Notes: generated from the letters alone by a model not told the origin. A stretch of DNA of 64,000 nt from Pseudomonadota bacterium (GCA_021785515.1 JAJYEX010000004.1:79074-143073); one strand, 5' to 3'. Shown: positions 1 through 10,054, counted from the first letter of the stretch. Numbers and translations are program-made.

Positions 1-429
1 CAGGAGCACGGTCGCCATGCTTACGGCGATGGTATTGCGCGTAACAAGCGTCGATAGCTGCGCCACCGGAAGCGCCACGTAGTAGCAGAAAACCACAAGC
101 ACCGCTCCGGCGAGCAGCGTAAGTGAAGGGTGAGACACAATCTCCACGTCAAACTGGATGTGCAGGCGCTGCGTCAGGCGGTAGAGCATCCAGGGAATCA
201 GCAGCGCCTTCAGGCCGAAGGTAAGCAGTGCCGATATGTAGAGATGCGCATGTCCGGATACGAGCGCGACCAGCGCCGTGGTGACTGACAGCAGCGCCCC
301 CTGCCAGGCAAAGGCGTAGATGAGGGGCTGAATGCGCGCTTGGGCCAGCATCACGAAGGAGGTGAACAGCACCAGCGCCGCAGACACCAGAATGCCTTGA
401 CTGAAGACACCGAGATTGTCGGGATGCAT
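1..429 (-). CDS. hyfE: HyfE-like (NuoK-related) membrane subunit of a group-4 [NiFe] hydrogenase / formate-hydrogenlyase-type complex; 3' end runs off the window
   Basis: My own reverse-complement translation from the ATG at 429-427 gives MHPDNLGVFSQGILVSAALVLFTSFVMLAQARIQPLIYAFAWQGALLSV... It is hydrophobic and multi-TM and stays open to position 1. It lies directly downstream of the hyfB/hyfC homologues. It is absent from the ORF track because it has no stop codon in the window. Confidence 0.6.
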   Translation of the reverse strand, partial: MHPDNLGVFSQGILVSAALVLFTSFVMLAQARIQPLIYAFAWQGALLSVTTALVALVSGHAHLYISALLTFGLKALLIPWMLYRLTQRLHIQFDVEIVSHPSLTLLAGAVLVVFCYYVALPVAQLSTLVTRNTIAVSMATVLL

Positions 430-477
430 GAGCGTGCGGGTCCTTGGGTCAGGCGCGTGCAGCGCGCGGGTCGTGGT

Positions 478-1437
478 TCACAGGGCTGACTCCAGGATGA
501 CATGCATCAGCAGTCCCAGCAGGCTCAGCAGAAACGCGAACCCCAGAAACTGCGGAACCCGGAACAGGCGCATTTTGGCCAGAACCGTTTCCCACAGCGC
601 CAGCAGCACGGCCAGCATTGCGAGTTTGGCCGCGACTGCCACCACCCCGACGGCGACCGCGGGCAGCGTCAGCTGCCGGGCGATGCCCCAGGGCAGGAAT
701 ATGTCGCTGATCAGGACCGCGTAGATCATCAGCTTGATCATGCCGGCCCAGTCGATGAGTGCCAGATGGCGGGCGCTGTATTCCAGTACCGTCGCCTCGT
801 GCAGCATGGTGAGCTCAAGATGGGTTTCCGGGTTGTCGACGGGAATACGGCCGGTCTCGGCGACTGCGACCATGGCCAGGCTGAGAAACGCGAACAGAAA
901 GGAAGGCCGTAGCACCAGGCCGGCATCGAGTATGTGCTGCATCGCCACGGACAGATTGGTGGTGGACGCGGTCATGGTCAGCGTGAACACCGCCATCAGC
1001 ATCGCCGGCTCGGCGAGTGATGCCACCGTCACCTCGCGGGAGGCGCCCATGCCGCCAAAGGTGGTGCCAATATCCATGGATGCCAGGGTCTGGAAAAAGC
1101 GCGCCAGCGCGAAAAACCCGGCCAGCACGATGACGTCGGCGATCGCGGCAGTGGGCAGCGGGATCGCCACCAGCGGCACCGCAGACGCCGCCAGCAGGAT
1201 TGCCCCGAACACCACGTACGGAGCAACGCGGAAAAGCCAGGACGCGTTCTGCGCGAGAACCACGTTCTTGCCGAACAGCTTGGCCAGATCGCGGTAGGGC
1301 TGGAACAGGGACGGCGCCGCCCGGTTCTGGAGATGGCATTTCAGCCGCTTGATCCAGCCGCTCAGCAGCGGTGCCGTGCCGGCAAACAGCAGCGTCTGCA
1401 GCACCGCGAACAGCCAGCCGGTCAGCTGATCAGCCAT
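478..1437 (-). CDS. hyfC: HyfC/HycD-like (NuoH-related) membrane subunit of a group-4 hydrogenase
   Basis: ORF 478..1563. The sensible start is the ATG at 1437 (MADQLTGWLFAVLQTLLF...), which overlaps the hyfB stop (1422-1424) by 16 nt. It is a polytopic membrane protein with NuoH/HycD-like motifs (PYRDLAKLFGK, GRIPVDNPETHLELTM). Confidence 0.8.
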   Translation of the reverse strand: MADQLTGWLFAVLQTLLFAGTAPLLSGWIKRLKCHLQNRAAPSLFQPYRDLAKLFGKNVVLAQNASWLFRVAPYVVFGAILLAASAVPLVAIPLPTAAIADVIVLAGFFALARFFQTLASMDIGTTFGGMGASREVTVASLAEPAMLMAVFTLTMTASTTNLSVAMQHILDAGLVLRPSFLFAFLSLAMVAVAETGRIPVDNPETHLELTMLHEATVLEYSARHLALIDWAGMIKLMIYAVLISDIFLPWGIARQLTLPAVAVGVVAVAAKLAMLAVLLALWETVLAKMRLFRVPQFLGFAFLLSLLGLLMHVILESAL

Positions 1438-3482
1438 AGCAGCAGCAGGAGCGTAAAAAACGAGTAGGCCAGATAGAGGCGGATGTTGCCGGCCTGTATG
1501 CGCCCGACGCGGCGCGCGGCCGCCAGCACTGCACGGCCGATGGGTTCGTAGAGCGCCGTCCATGACCAGTCGCCGATGTGCAGCTGATAGCGCAAGCCGG
1601 CTATGCGTGCTGGCGCCACCTCATGCTTCTCGATCCGCTCATCAGTGTGCCACACCGGCGCAAATACCCTGCGGACCGGCTGGGTAAAGGCGGTCGACGT
1701 GTACTGCATGCGTGTAGTCAGGCCGCCGAAACCACAGTCCCATGGCGGAACGCGGCGCACGCCCGGGCGGCGCCAATGCATCAGCAGGTAGCCGGCAAGT
1801 AGGGTGAGCACCATCGCGGCGACCACCAGCGGCGCCGAATAGGAAGCGACGCGCGGCGATACCGGCGTCAGCCACAGCCAGCCGCGTACCGTAGCGGCAG
1901 CCGGCCGCAATCGCAGCAAATCCTGCGTGACCGGTTCGAGCAGGCGAATGACCGCGGTTGGGACTACGCCCAATGCGAGACACAACAGCGCAAGCATGGC
2001 CATCGCTGCCTGCATCCCCAGGCCCACTTCACGCGCGTGTGCCACGCGCCGGGTGCGCGCCTGCCCCAGGAAGGCCACGCCGTAGACTTTGACGAAGGTG
2101 GCGGCGGCAAGCGCTGAGGTGAGTGCCAGCAGTGCAGCGGCGATCGGAATGATCGACCGCAGCACCCCGCTTGCCAGCACCGGGACCTGCAGCGCCGCCT
2201 GCAGCGTGAGCCACTCGGAGGCAAAGCCGTTGAACGGGGGCAAAGCGGCGATGCTGAGACATCCGATGAGCACAAACAGCGCCGTGGCGGGCATGCGCCG
2301 GATGAGTCCGCCCAGGTGGTCCAGGTCCCGTTCATGGGTGCGGTAGACGACGGCACCAACACCCAGGAAGAGCAGCGTCTTGAACACGGCGTGATTGAGA
2401 CTGTGGTAGAGGGCGGCGAGCAGGGCCACCACCCCGATGGCCGGATGGCCGGTGGCGACAAATATCATGCTCAAGCCAAGGCCCATAAAAATGATCCCGA
2501 CGTTTTCCACGGACGAATACGCTAACAGCCGTTTGATGTCGTTCTGCGCGAGCGCATAGAGTACCCCGAGCAGGGCCGTGGCGGTGCCGGCGGTGAGCGT
2601 TGCAAGCCCCCAGGACCACTGAAGCTGTCCCAGCAGATCGAACGCGAAGCGGATGAGGCCGTAAATCGCCACCTTGATCATCACGCCGCTCATGAGTGCC
2701 GAGATGTGCGACGGCGCCGCCGGATGCGCTTCCGGAAGCCAAGCGTGCAGCGGCACCATGCCGGCCTTCATGCCGAATCCGAACAGCGCCAGTGCGAAGG
2801 CGAGCGAAGACCACGCGGGCGTGAGGTGTGCGGTGCGCATGGCGTGGAACGTGAAACCTCCGCCAAACCCGGCCAGCACCCCGAAGGCGAGCAGGATCAC
2901 GAGGGCTCCGACGTGGGCTTGCAGCAGGTACAGAAAGGCGGCATGACGGTTTGCCGGGTGCTGGTGCTGGTAGGCGACCAGCAGGTAGCTCGATACGGAC
3001 ATGAGCTCCCAGGAGATCATGAATACGAAGGCATCGTCAGCAAGCAGCACAGCCAGCATCCCGGCCACAAACACGCCGGTGAACAGCCCGAGCGCTGCCA
3101 GCGACGGGCGGAAATGTTCCCGGCTGTCGTCCCGGCCAGTCCCGGGCATCCGGACCGGGCGCTGGAACTCGAGCGCGTAGCCCGGTCCGTAGAGACTGAC
3201 CGCAATCACAGCAATGCCGATGATCGCCATGAAAAAGCCGGACAGGGGGTCGAGGCGCAGGTGCCAGTTGAGCCACGGCAGGCCGCATGGAAGCTGGGCT
3301 GTCATGCGCTCGCCCGTGAGCAGCACCATGCCGCCGGCGGCGACCGCACCCAGGCCGCAGAGGCCAAGAAGCGTGAACGAGATCCAGCGCAGCACGGCGG
3401 GAAATCGGTCTGCCGCCAGCGCTGTCACGCCTGACAGCAGCGCCGCGCCTATCGCCCCGTACGCCAGCAGCATGGGCGACAA
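1422..3482 (-). CDS. hyfB: HyfB-like (NuoL/MnhA-type antiporter-like) subunit of a group-4 hydrogenase
   Basis: 686-aa polytopic ORF with the NuoL/HyfB-type core (WELMSVSSYLLV, HAWLPEAHPAAPSHISALMSGVMIK, LLAYSSVENVG). Confidence 0.8.
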   Translation of the reverse strand: MSPMLLAYGAIGAALLSGVTALAADRFPAVLRWISFTLLGLCGLGAVAAGGMVLLTGERMTAQLPCGLPWLNWHLRLDPLSGFFMAIIGIAVIAVSLYGPGYALEFQRPVRMPGTGRDDSREHFRPSLAALGLFTGVFVAGMLAVLLADDAFVFMISWELMSVSSYLLVAYQHQHPANRHAAFLYLLQAHVGALVILLAFGVLAGFGGGFTFHAMRTAHLTPAWSSLAFALALFGFGMKAGMVPLHAWLPEAHPAAPSHISALMSGVMIKVAIYGLIRFAFDLLGQLQWSWGLATLTAGTATALLGVLYALAQNDIKRLLAYSSVENVGIIFMGLGLSMIFVATGHPAIGVVALLAALYHSLNHAVFKTLLFLGVGAVVYRTHERDLDHLGGLIRRMPATALFVLIGCLSIAALPPFNGFASEWLTLQAALQVPVLASGVLRSIIPIAAALLALTSALAAATFVKVYGVAFLGQARTRRVAHAREVGLGMQAAMAMLALLCLALGVVPTAVIRLLEPVTQDLLRLRPAAATVRGWLWLTPVSPRVASYSAPLVVAAMVLTLLAGYLLMHWRRPGVRRVPPWDCGFGGLTTRMQYTSTAFTQPVRRVFAPVWHTDERIEKHEVAPARIAGLRYQLHIGDWSWTALYEPIGRAVLAAARRVGRIQAGNIRLYLAYSFFTLLLLLWLIS

Positions 3483-3750
3483 GTCAGGTCGCCCTCAGTA
3501 CAGGGTGGGCTGCGCGCGCATCATGACCGGGGGTAGCCGTATCTGCCTCGTCGTCGGTAGTGGGACCCGCCTGGCGGTATCTCCCGGAATGTTTCTAGCG
3601 GAAGATGGCGCCAGCGCTGGCGATGCTATGATGGCGCCGGCAAAATTTCAAGAGCGCGAGCGGTGTGCAGTGGTGAACGTTATGCCCGTCACCCGGGGAC
3701 AGTCTCGGTAGAGACGGCGCGGCGCGCTGCAAGTAAGCGGATCACGGGGC

Positions 3751-5049
3751 TCAGGAGGGGGCGGAACCGGAACCGGCGGCGGGAGCGGGTGTCTTCGGGC
3801 GCACCCGTGCCAGTTGCACGGCTGTGCCGCGCGTGCGAACGATCTCGATCTGGTAGCCTTCCAGGGCCAGGCTGGTGCCGGTTTCCGGAATGTCTTCCAG
3901 ATACTCGGTAATCAGGCCGTTGAGGGTCTTCGGCCCGGTCATCGGCAGATCCCAGTCGAGACGGCGGTTGAGGTCGCGCAGCGTCATGCTGCCGCTGACG
4001 AGGTAACTGCCGTCGTCCTGGGGTTGAACATCGTCGGTCAGGCCCGGCACGGGGGCGGCAAATTCTCCCACGATCTCCTGCAGGATATCCTGCAGCGACA
4101 GCAGGCCGACGACGTCCCCGTACTCATCCACCACGAGGGCGATGCGGCGCTTGGTCTGGCGGAAATGCAGCAGCTGTCGTCCGAGCGTGGTGCCCTCGGG
4201 CACGAAGTACGGCGCCTCGAGCAGTTTCTCGAGATCCTCACGACCGAATTTTCCTGAACGCATCAGCAGCAACACCCGGCGTATCTGCACAACGCCGGCA
4301 ACCCGATCGAAGCTGCCGTGACAGGCCGGCAGCTGCGAATAGTGGCTGGAGGTGACGCGCGCGAGGATGTGGTCCCAGTCGGAGTCCAGGTCCACGATCT
4401 CGATCTCGCCGCGGGGGACCATCACGTCCTCGACGGTCATGTTTTCCAGGTCCAGGATCGCAAGCAACATCTGCTGGTGAGTTTGCGGTATGAAGGCTCC
4501 GGCCTCGCGCACCACCGTGCGCAGCTCCTCGGTGTTCATCTGGTCTGCGCGGCGGCGGTTGATCGAAAAGCCGACGAGCAGCAGCAGGCCGTTGGCCAGC
4601 GTGTTCACGAGCCACACCAGAGGCGAGAGCAGTTTCAACAATACCGCCAGAACATATGCGATCGGGAACGCCACGCGCTCCGGATACAGCGCGGCGACCG
4701 TCTTGGGCGCCACTTCGGCGAAGACCAGAACCACCAGGGTCAGCAGGCCGGTGACGATGCCGATGGCGGGAGTCCCATACAGGTGCAGCGCCAGCAGCGT
4801 GGCTACCGATGAGGCGGCGATGTTGGCAAAATTGTTTCCGAGCAGTATCACGCTGAGCAAACGGTCGGGACGTTCGAGCAGACGTGCGGCGATGCGCGCG
4901 GGCCCGTGTCCGGAGCTGGCGAGGTGGCGCAGCCGGTAGCGGTTCAGGGTCATCATCCCGATTTCCGCCGCAGAGAAGAACGCCGACAGCAGGATCAGCA
5001 GGAACAGGACCGCGAGCAGCAAGCCGGTGTGGAAGTGGTTCAAGTTCAT
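3751..5049 (-). CDS. HlyC/CorC-family transporter (DUF21 membrane domain + CBS pair + CorC_HlyC domain)
   Basis: 432-aa ORF. The N-terminus has the DUF21 pattern (FFSAAEIGMMTLNRYRLRHL). It carries a CBS region and a C-terminal transporter-associated domain. It sits next to ypjD and ffh, as in enterobacteria. Confidence 0.85.
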   Translation of the reverse strand: MNLNHFHTGLLLAVLFLLILLSAFFSAAEIGMMTLNRYRLRHLASSGHGPARIAARLLERPDRLLSVILLGNNFANIAASSVATLLALHLYGTPAIGIVTGLLTLVVLVFAEVAPKTVAALYPERVAFPIAYVLAVLLKLLSPLVWLVNTLANGLLLLVGFSINRRRADQMNTEELRTVVREAGAFIPQTHQQMLLAILDLENMTVEDVMVPRGEIEIVDLDSDWDHILARVTSSHYSQLPACHGSFDRVAGVVQIRRVLLLMRSGKFGREDLEKLLEAPYFVPEGTTLGRQLLHFRQTKRRIALVVDEYGDVVGLLSLQDILQEIVGEFAAPVPGLTDDVQPQDDGSYLVSGSMTLRDLNRRLDWDLPMTGPKTLNGLITEYLEDIPETGTSLALEGYQIEIVRTRGTAVQLARVRPKTPAPAAGSGSAPS

Positions 5050-5137
5050 GCCTCGGATTCGTACTGCAGACCGATAGGGTGCGTACCGGCCGGCGGGTGT
5101 CGTGTCTCGGGATCCATGCAGGCAAATGCCGCACCGC

Positions 5138-5938
5138 TCAGCGGCGCAGCAGAATTTGCAGCGCGAACTTGCTGCCGAAATAGGCGAAGGCGAGCAGCGT
5201 GAAGCCCCCGAGCGTCCAGCGGACCGCGGTGCGCCCGCGCCAGCCGAAACGCCAGCGGCCGGCGAGCAGCACGCCGAATACCACCCAGGCGATTATGGAC
5301 AGTACGATGTGATCGGTCAAAGCCACGGGCTCGTTGAACAGCTGCTCCGAGAAAAACACGCCACTGATGACAGTCAGGGTGAGCAGCACGAAGCCGAGGG
5401 TGATCAGCTGGAACATCAGCTTTTCCATGGTCTCGAGCGGCGGCAGGGCGCGCAAGAACCGGCTGGGTTGGCGGCGACGGAGGCGGTGTTCGACCCAGGC
5501 GAGCATGAGGCTCTGTACCATGGCGATGCTGAGGAGGCTGTAGGCAAGAAGCGAAATGACGATATGCGCCGACTGCAGGGGCGTCGCCGTGACCGCCAGA
5601 AGTTTGCGGCGCGGCGCCAGCCAGTCGACCAGGACCGTCACGGCGGCAATCGGCATGATAAAAATGCCAAGGCTCTCGATGGGAAGACTGATCGCGGCAA
5701 TCAGGAACAGTACCACGACAGCCAGAGCGATCAGCGATATGGCATTGGTCAGACCTAAGCTGAGGCCGTTTTGCTGCAGCAGTCCGGAATAGAGGACTGC
5801 GGCGTGTGCGGCGACCCCGCCTATCGCCAGCGCATAGATCCCGACGCGTACCGCACCGCGGAGCCGCTCGGAGTGACTCAGACTGAGCCACAACAGGGCG
5901 CCGACGCACAGATACAGGACAGCCGCTAGCAAACTCAT
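5138..5938 (-). CDS. ypjD: YpjD / CcsA-like cytochrome c assembly family inner-membrane protein
   Basis: 266-aa polytopic ORF divergent from ffh, which is the conserved ypjD position. Confidence 0.7.
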   Translation of the reverse strand: MSLLAAVLYLCVGALLWLSLSHSERLRGAVRVGIYALAIGGVAAHAAVLYSGLLQQNGLSLGLTNAISLIALAVVVLFLIAAISLPIESLGIFIMPIAAVTVLVDWLAPRRKLLAVTATPLQSAHIVISLLAYSLLSIAMVQSLMLAWVEHRLRRRQPSRFLRALPPLETMEKLMFQLITLGFVLLTLTVISGVFFSEQLFNEPVALTDHIVLSIIAWVVFGVLLAGRWRFGWRGRTAVRWTLGGFTLLAFAYFGSKFALQILLRR

Positions 5939-6099
5939 CGGTCAATTGGTCATAATATGTACTCAACCCTGAATCATGGCACAGCTGCCGCCGTCATTGA
6001 AGGGGGCGGGAGGGGGCCGGAAATCATGGGCAGTTCCGGGGGGTGCGTCGGGCTCGGCGTGCACGGCCCCCGGATATGACACCGACTGGTAGGCGGAAC

Positions 6100-7455
6100 A
6101 TGTTTGACAACTTGAGCCAGCGGCTGCAGCTGGCAATGAAAAAATTGCGGGGCGAGGCGCGCCTCACTGAGCAGAACATCAGCGAGGCGCTGCGTGAGGT
6201 ACGCATGGCCTTGCTCGAAGCGGACGTTGCGCTGCCGGTGGTCAAGGCTTTCATTGACGATGTGCGCGCGCGGGCCGTCGGCAAGGAGGTGCTCGCGAGC
6301 CTTTCGCCTGGCCAGGCCGTGATCAAGGTTGTGTATGACGCGCTGGTGGCGCTCATGGGCGAGTCGAATGACCGTCTGCAGCTTGCCGCCCGCCCGCCTG
6401 CGGTGATCCTGCTTGCCGGACTGCAGGGGTCGGGCAAAACGACGACGGCGGCCAAGCTCGCCCGCTTTCTGCGCGAGCGGGAACGCCGCTCGGTACTGGT
6501 CGCGAGCGCCGACGTGTACCGGCCTGCGGCCATCGATCAGCTGCGCGTACTGGCCGGAACGGTTGGCGCGACCTTTTTTCCCAGCACCGCCCAGCAAAAG
6601 CCGGTTGATATCGCCCGGGCCGCGGTCGAGCAGGCCGGAAAGTCGGGAATCGACGTCGTGATCATCGACACTGCCGGGCGCCTCCACGTGGACCGCGAGA
6701 TGATGGATGAAATCCAGGCGATTCATGCGGCGGTGGATCCGGTGGAAACCCTGTTTGTTGTCGACAGCATGACCGGGCAGGATGCCGTCAACACCGCCCA
6801 GAGCTTTAATGATGCGCTGCCCCTGAGCGGGGTGATTCTGACCAAGGCCGACGGCGATGCCCGTGGTGGCGCGGCGCTGTCCGTGCGCCGCGTTACCGGC
6901 AAGCCGATCAAGTTTCTGGGCGTGGGCGAAAAGACCGAGGCGCTGGAGCCGTTTCATCCTGATCGCATGGCGTCGCGCATTCTCGGTATGGGCGATGTGC
7001 TGAGCCTGGTGGAACAGGCGCAGCAGACTGTTGACCAGGAGCAGGCGCGCAAACTGGCGCAGAAGATCACCAAGGGCAAGGGCTTCGATCTCGAGGATTT
7101 CCGCGACCAGCTGCGGCAGATGGAGAAGATGGGCGGGATTGCGAGTCTCATGGACAAGCTTCCGGGGGCCGGGGAAATTCCCGAGGCCGCCAAGGCCCAG
7201 ATGGACGACCGGCAGACGCGACGCCTGATCGCGATCATCAATTCGATGACGCCCCAGGAGCGCCGTTTCCCTGACATCATACGCGGATCCCGCAAGCGCC
7301 GCATCGCCGCGGGTTCGGGTGTCCATGTGCAGGAAATCAACCGGATGCTGAAACAGTTTGGTGAGATGCAGAAGATGATGAAGCGGCTGGGCAAGGGCGG
7401 TCTCGGAAAGATGATGCGGAGCATGAGAGGCAAGCTGCCCGGGGTTCCGTTCTGA
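6100..7455 (+). CDS. ffh: Signal recognition particle protein Ffh
   Basis: ORF 6043..7455. The start is chosen at ATG 6100 (MFDNLSQRLQLAMKKLRG). It has the GTPase motifs GLQGSGKTTT and DTAGRL and a methionine-rich M domain. Confidence 0.95.
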   Translation: MFDNLSQRLQLAMKKLRGEARLTEQNISEALREVRMALLEADVALPVVKAFIDDVRARAVGKEVLASLSPGQAVIKVVYDALVALMGESNDRLQLAARPPAVILLAGLQGSGKTTTAAKLARFLRERERRSVLVASADVYRPAAIDQLRVLAGTVGATFFPSTAQQKPVDIARAAVEQAGKSGIDVVIIDTAGRLHVDREMMDEIQAIHAAVDPVETLFVVDSMTGQDAVNTAQSFNDALPLSGVILTKADGDARGGAALSVRRVTGKPIKFLGVGEKTEALEPFHPDRMASRILGMGDVLSLVEQAQQTVDQEQARKLAQKITKGKGFDLEDFRDQLRQMEKMGGIASLMDKLPGAGEIPEAAKAQMDDRQTRRLIAIINSMTPQERRFPDIIRGSRKRRIAAGSGVHVQEINRMLKQFGEMQKMMKRLGKGGLGKMMRSMRGKLPGVPF

Positions 7456-7594
7456 GGCTGCGGGCGGACGGTTGAATTGGCTGCATGGACCTGATATATA
7501 AGTTAAGAATCAGGGCAGGGGCGGTCAGTCAGCGACGCACAACCGCGTTTTGGGCGGGAACCACAGACAGCGGTAGGAGGGAGGAGCACATTCC

Positions 7595-8062
7595 ATGATG
7601 ACAGTGAAGGAGACCACCCAGAAGCGCAAGGTGCCGGAACGTCGCGGGCGCAGTCGCGAACTGACGGATAAACTCGTTGCGGAACGCACCGAGATGCTGG
7701 TGCTCTTCTGTCGTCTGGCAGGGATCGAATCCTATGCCCGGGACAACCGGCCAGTGCAGGAACTGCTCGACGATTTCTGCCAGATTCTCGTGGATTACAT
7801 CGCCGCCGGGCACTTTGCGCTGTACGAGCGCATCATCGACGGTACGGAACGCAGGCGCGAGGTTGCCGTCCTTGCGGAAAAGCTCTATCCGGCGATCGCC
7901 CGTACCACAGACGTTGCTCTCGAATTCAACGACAAGTACGACCGGGAGGACCATCTTCCGGTGCTTGACGGTCTTTCAGAGGAGCTATCCCGGCTCGGCG
8001 AACAGATCGCGGTGCGTATAGAACTGGAAGATCAGCTGATCGCAGCATTCGCCAGCGCCTAA
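7595..8062 (+). CDS. rsd: Rsd/AlgQ-family anti-sigma-70 regulator
   Basis: 155 aa. The block LLDDFCQILVDYIAAGHFALYERII matches the conserved Rsd core (DDFCQSLVDYLSAGHFSIYERI in E. coli). A GGAGG RBS lies upstream. Confidence 0.85.
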   Translation: MMTVKETTQKRKVPERRGRSRELTDKLVAERTEMLVLFCRLAGIESYARDNRPVQELLDDFCQILVDYIAAGHFALYERIIDGTERRREVAVLAEKLYPAIARTTDVALEFNDKYDREDHLPVLDGLSEELSRLGEQIAVRIELEDQLIAAFASA

Positions 8063-9069
8063 CCGCCGGTGGCCGACATGAAGCGTATGATTTTGTGCGG
8101 CTGTGTCGTGAATTCGTGACGTTCGGGTTTGAGCGCGATCGCCCGGCAGACGGCCTCCCTCAGCTCCTCGTCACTGGCGCCCGAACGCAGTAGCGGGCGC
8201 AGCTCCAGATTGTTCTCCTGCCCGAGACAGGTATAGATCGTCCCGTCCACCGTCAGGCGCACGCGGTTGCAGGTGGCGCAGAAGTGCTGGGAAATGGGCG
8301 TGATAAAACCGATCCGCAGACCGGTTCCGCCGACCTGTACGTAGCGCGCCGGACCACCGCCGGTCATCACGGTGGGGATCAGTTCATAACGCGATTGCAG
8401 CTCACGCCTGACTTCCTGCAGGTCCAGGTAGTGCTCGGCAGCCTCGCGGCCGGTGGCGCCCATGGGCATCGTCTCTATGAGACGCAGGGTGAAATCATGG
8501 CGGATGCAGAAATCGACCATGTCACTGATTTCCCGATCATTCACGCCTTTCATTGCCACCATGTTGATTTTTACAGGCGCAAATCCCGCTTTCTTGGCAG
8601 CCGCCAGCCCGTCCAGCACCTGGTCGAGCCGGCCGCCCCCCGTGATTTCCGCGTAACGGGCCGGATCGAGCGAGTCAAGGCTGACATTAAGACGAGTGAT
8701 GCCCGCCCGGCGCAGTGATTGCGCCAGTTTGCGCAGCCGGGTGCCGTTGGTGCTGAGCGACAGGTCGTCCAGGCCGGGCAGTTGCGCCAGGCGCGCCGCC
8801 AGTTCCGGCAATCCGCGGCGTGCCAGCGGCTCGCCGCCGGTGAGGCGGACGCGCCGTACGCCGAGTTCGGTGAACACACGTACCACCCGCTCCATCTCAT
8901 CGAAACTGAGCCAGTGTGCGGGTTCCTCGAAACCGGTGAAGCCTTTGGGAATGCAGTACGTGCAGCGTAATTCGCAGCGGTCGGTCACCGATACCCGCAG
9001 GTACTCTATGCGGCGGTTGAACGGATCGATCAGGCTGGTTACCATGATTCTAAATATATGCACATTCAT
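8059..9069 (-). CDS. moaA: GTP 3',8-cyclase MoaA (radical SAM, molybdopterin biosynthesis)
   Basis: 336 aa with the CxxxCxxC radical-SAM motif (DRCELRCTYC) and a C-terminal FCATCNRVRLT cluster motif. An alternative start lies at ATG 9045. Confidence 0.9.
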   Translation of the reverse strand: MNVHIFRIMVTSLIDPFNRRIEYLRVSVTDRCELRCTYCIPKGFTGFEEPAHWLSFDEMERVVRVFTELGVRRVRLTGGEPLARRGLPELAARLAQLPGLDDLSLSTNGTRLRKLAQSLRRAGITRLNVSLDSLDPARYAEITGGGRLDQVLDGLAAAKKAGFAPVKINMVAMKGVNDREISDMVDFCIRHDFTLRLIETMPMGATGREAAEHYLDLQEVRRELQSRYELIPTVMTGGGPARYVQVGGTGLRIGFITPISQHFCATCNRVRLTVDGTIYTCLGQENNLELRPLLRSGASDEELREAVCRAIALKPERHEFTTQPHKIIRFMSATGG

Positions 9070-9205
9070 GGGGCAGGGTCCATATGACCGACGGGGGGTA
9101 TGCTTCCGGGCTCCTAAAGTCGGTCAGATGTGTTCACGGCCATGGGGAGATGGCGCGAACATTGCTTGGTCAAACCGGGTGCACGAATAATAACCATGAA
9201 GCGGG

Positions 9206-10054
9206 GTGGGAATGGACAGGGCACGCAGGCGGGCCTGGGGTTTTGCAGTGATCATTGCCAGTGCCGGGCATATCGCCCAGGCGCAGGAACCCTGGAATCT
9301 GGGGCCGCGTGAGACTTATGTGCAGGCGGGGATGGAGCAGTACGACTGGAAGGAATTTACCCCTACAGGCAGCACCCTCGATGCGGAATCGGGCCAGCTG
9401 GCCACGATGGGTGCCGGCGTGACCAATTTTGCGCGGGTGGGGCAGGGTCCGATCTACCGGGCCGGCGCGCGGGTGTATCTGGGGACTATCGGCTACGATG
9501 GCCAGACCCAGGGCGGTATCCCGCTGACGACCCTGTCGGACTACCAGGGCACGCAGATCGAGGGGCTGGGAGGATACCAGTTCACACGCTGGCAGCACGG
9601 GATTGATCTGTTCGGGGGTGTGGGCTGGGAATACTGGAGCCGCTCCCTGCGCAATGCGAACGCCGTCAATGGTACATCGGCCTACGGTTACGACGAACAG
9701 TACACCGTCCTGTATTCCAAGCTGGGTGTGGGCTTATCCGGGGACCGCGGCTCCTGGTCGTATCGCATCAAAGTGGGCGGTACGCTTCCCGTATATACCT
9801 ATGAATATGTGAACCTCGGGGACGGTCTCGGTCTTACGCCCGGGCGCCAGTGGTCGGGATTCGCCCGGTTCACGGTGGATTTCGGGCCTGCCTCGCGCAA
9901 CCATTTCGGCTTGGTTCTGAGCTACGACAGCTACCGTTTCAGCCGTTCCAGCCCGGAGCAGCTGACCGTCTCAGGCGTTCCATCCGGCTACTACGTGCAG
10001 CCGCAGAGTCATCGCGATGTCTACGCGATCCGCGGTATCTACTATTTCCGTTGA
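9206..10054 (+). CDS. Hypothetical secreted protein, probable outer-membrane beta-barrel
   Basis: 282-aa ORF. It has an N-terminal signal-like segment (AWGFAVIIASAGHIAQA/QEP), alternating aromatic/glycine-rich beta-strand-like composition, and an aromatic C-terminus (IRGIYYFR). I recognise no family. Confidence 0.45.
   Translation: MGMDRARRRAWGFAVIIASAGHIAQAQEPWNLGPRETYVQAGMEQYDWKEFTPTGSTLDAESGQLATMGAGVTNFARVGQGPIYRAGARVYLGTIGYDGQTQGGIPLTTLSDYQGTQIEGLGGYQFTRWQHGIDLFGGVGWEYWSRSLRNANAVNGTSAYGYDEQYTVLYSKLGVGLSGDRGSWSYRIKVGGTLPVYTYEYVNLGDGLGLTPGRQWSGFARFTVDFGPASRNHFGLVLSYDSYRFSRSSPEQLTVSGVPSGYYVQPQSHRDVYAIRGIYYFR

Noticed and set aside
3590-3650. Possible sigma-54 promoter (GG-N10-GC) upstream of hyfB on the minus strand
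   Set aside because: Only the bare GG/GC dinucleotide spacing fits (ccGGcgccatcataGCat). The flanking TGGCAC/TTGCA bases do not match. This is too weak to report.
5974-7326. 450-aa ORF on the minus strand opposite ffh
   Set aside because: It lies entirely antisense to a certain gene (ffh). Its Arg/Ala/Gly/His-rich, low-complexity product is typical of shadow ORFs in high-GC DNA.
9070-9205. Moco riboswitch in the moaA leader
   Set aside because: The region is the right length and moaA is a classic Moco-riboswitch target. I could not recognise the conserved junction sequences by eye, and the region must also hold the divergent promoter of the neighbouring gene. It needs cmscan with the Moco_RNA_motif model.
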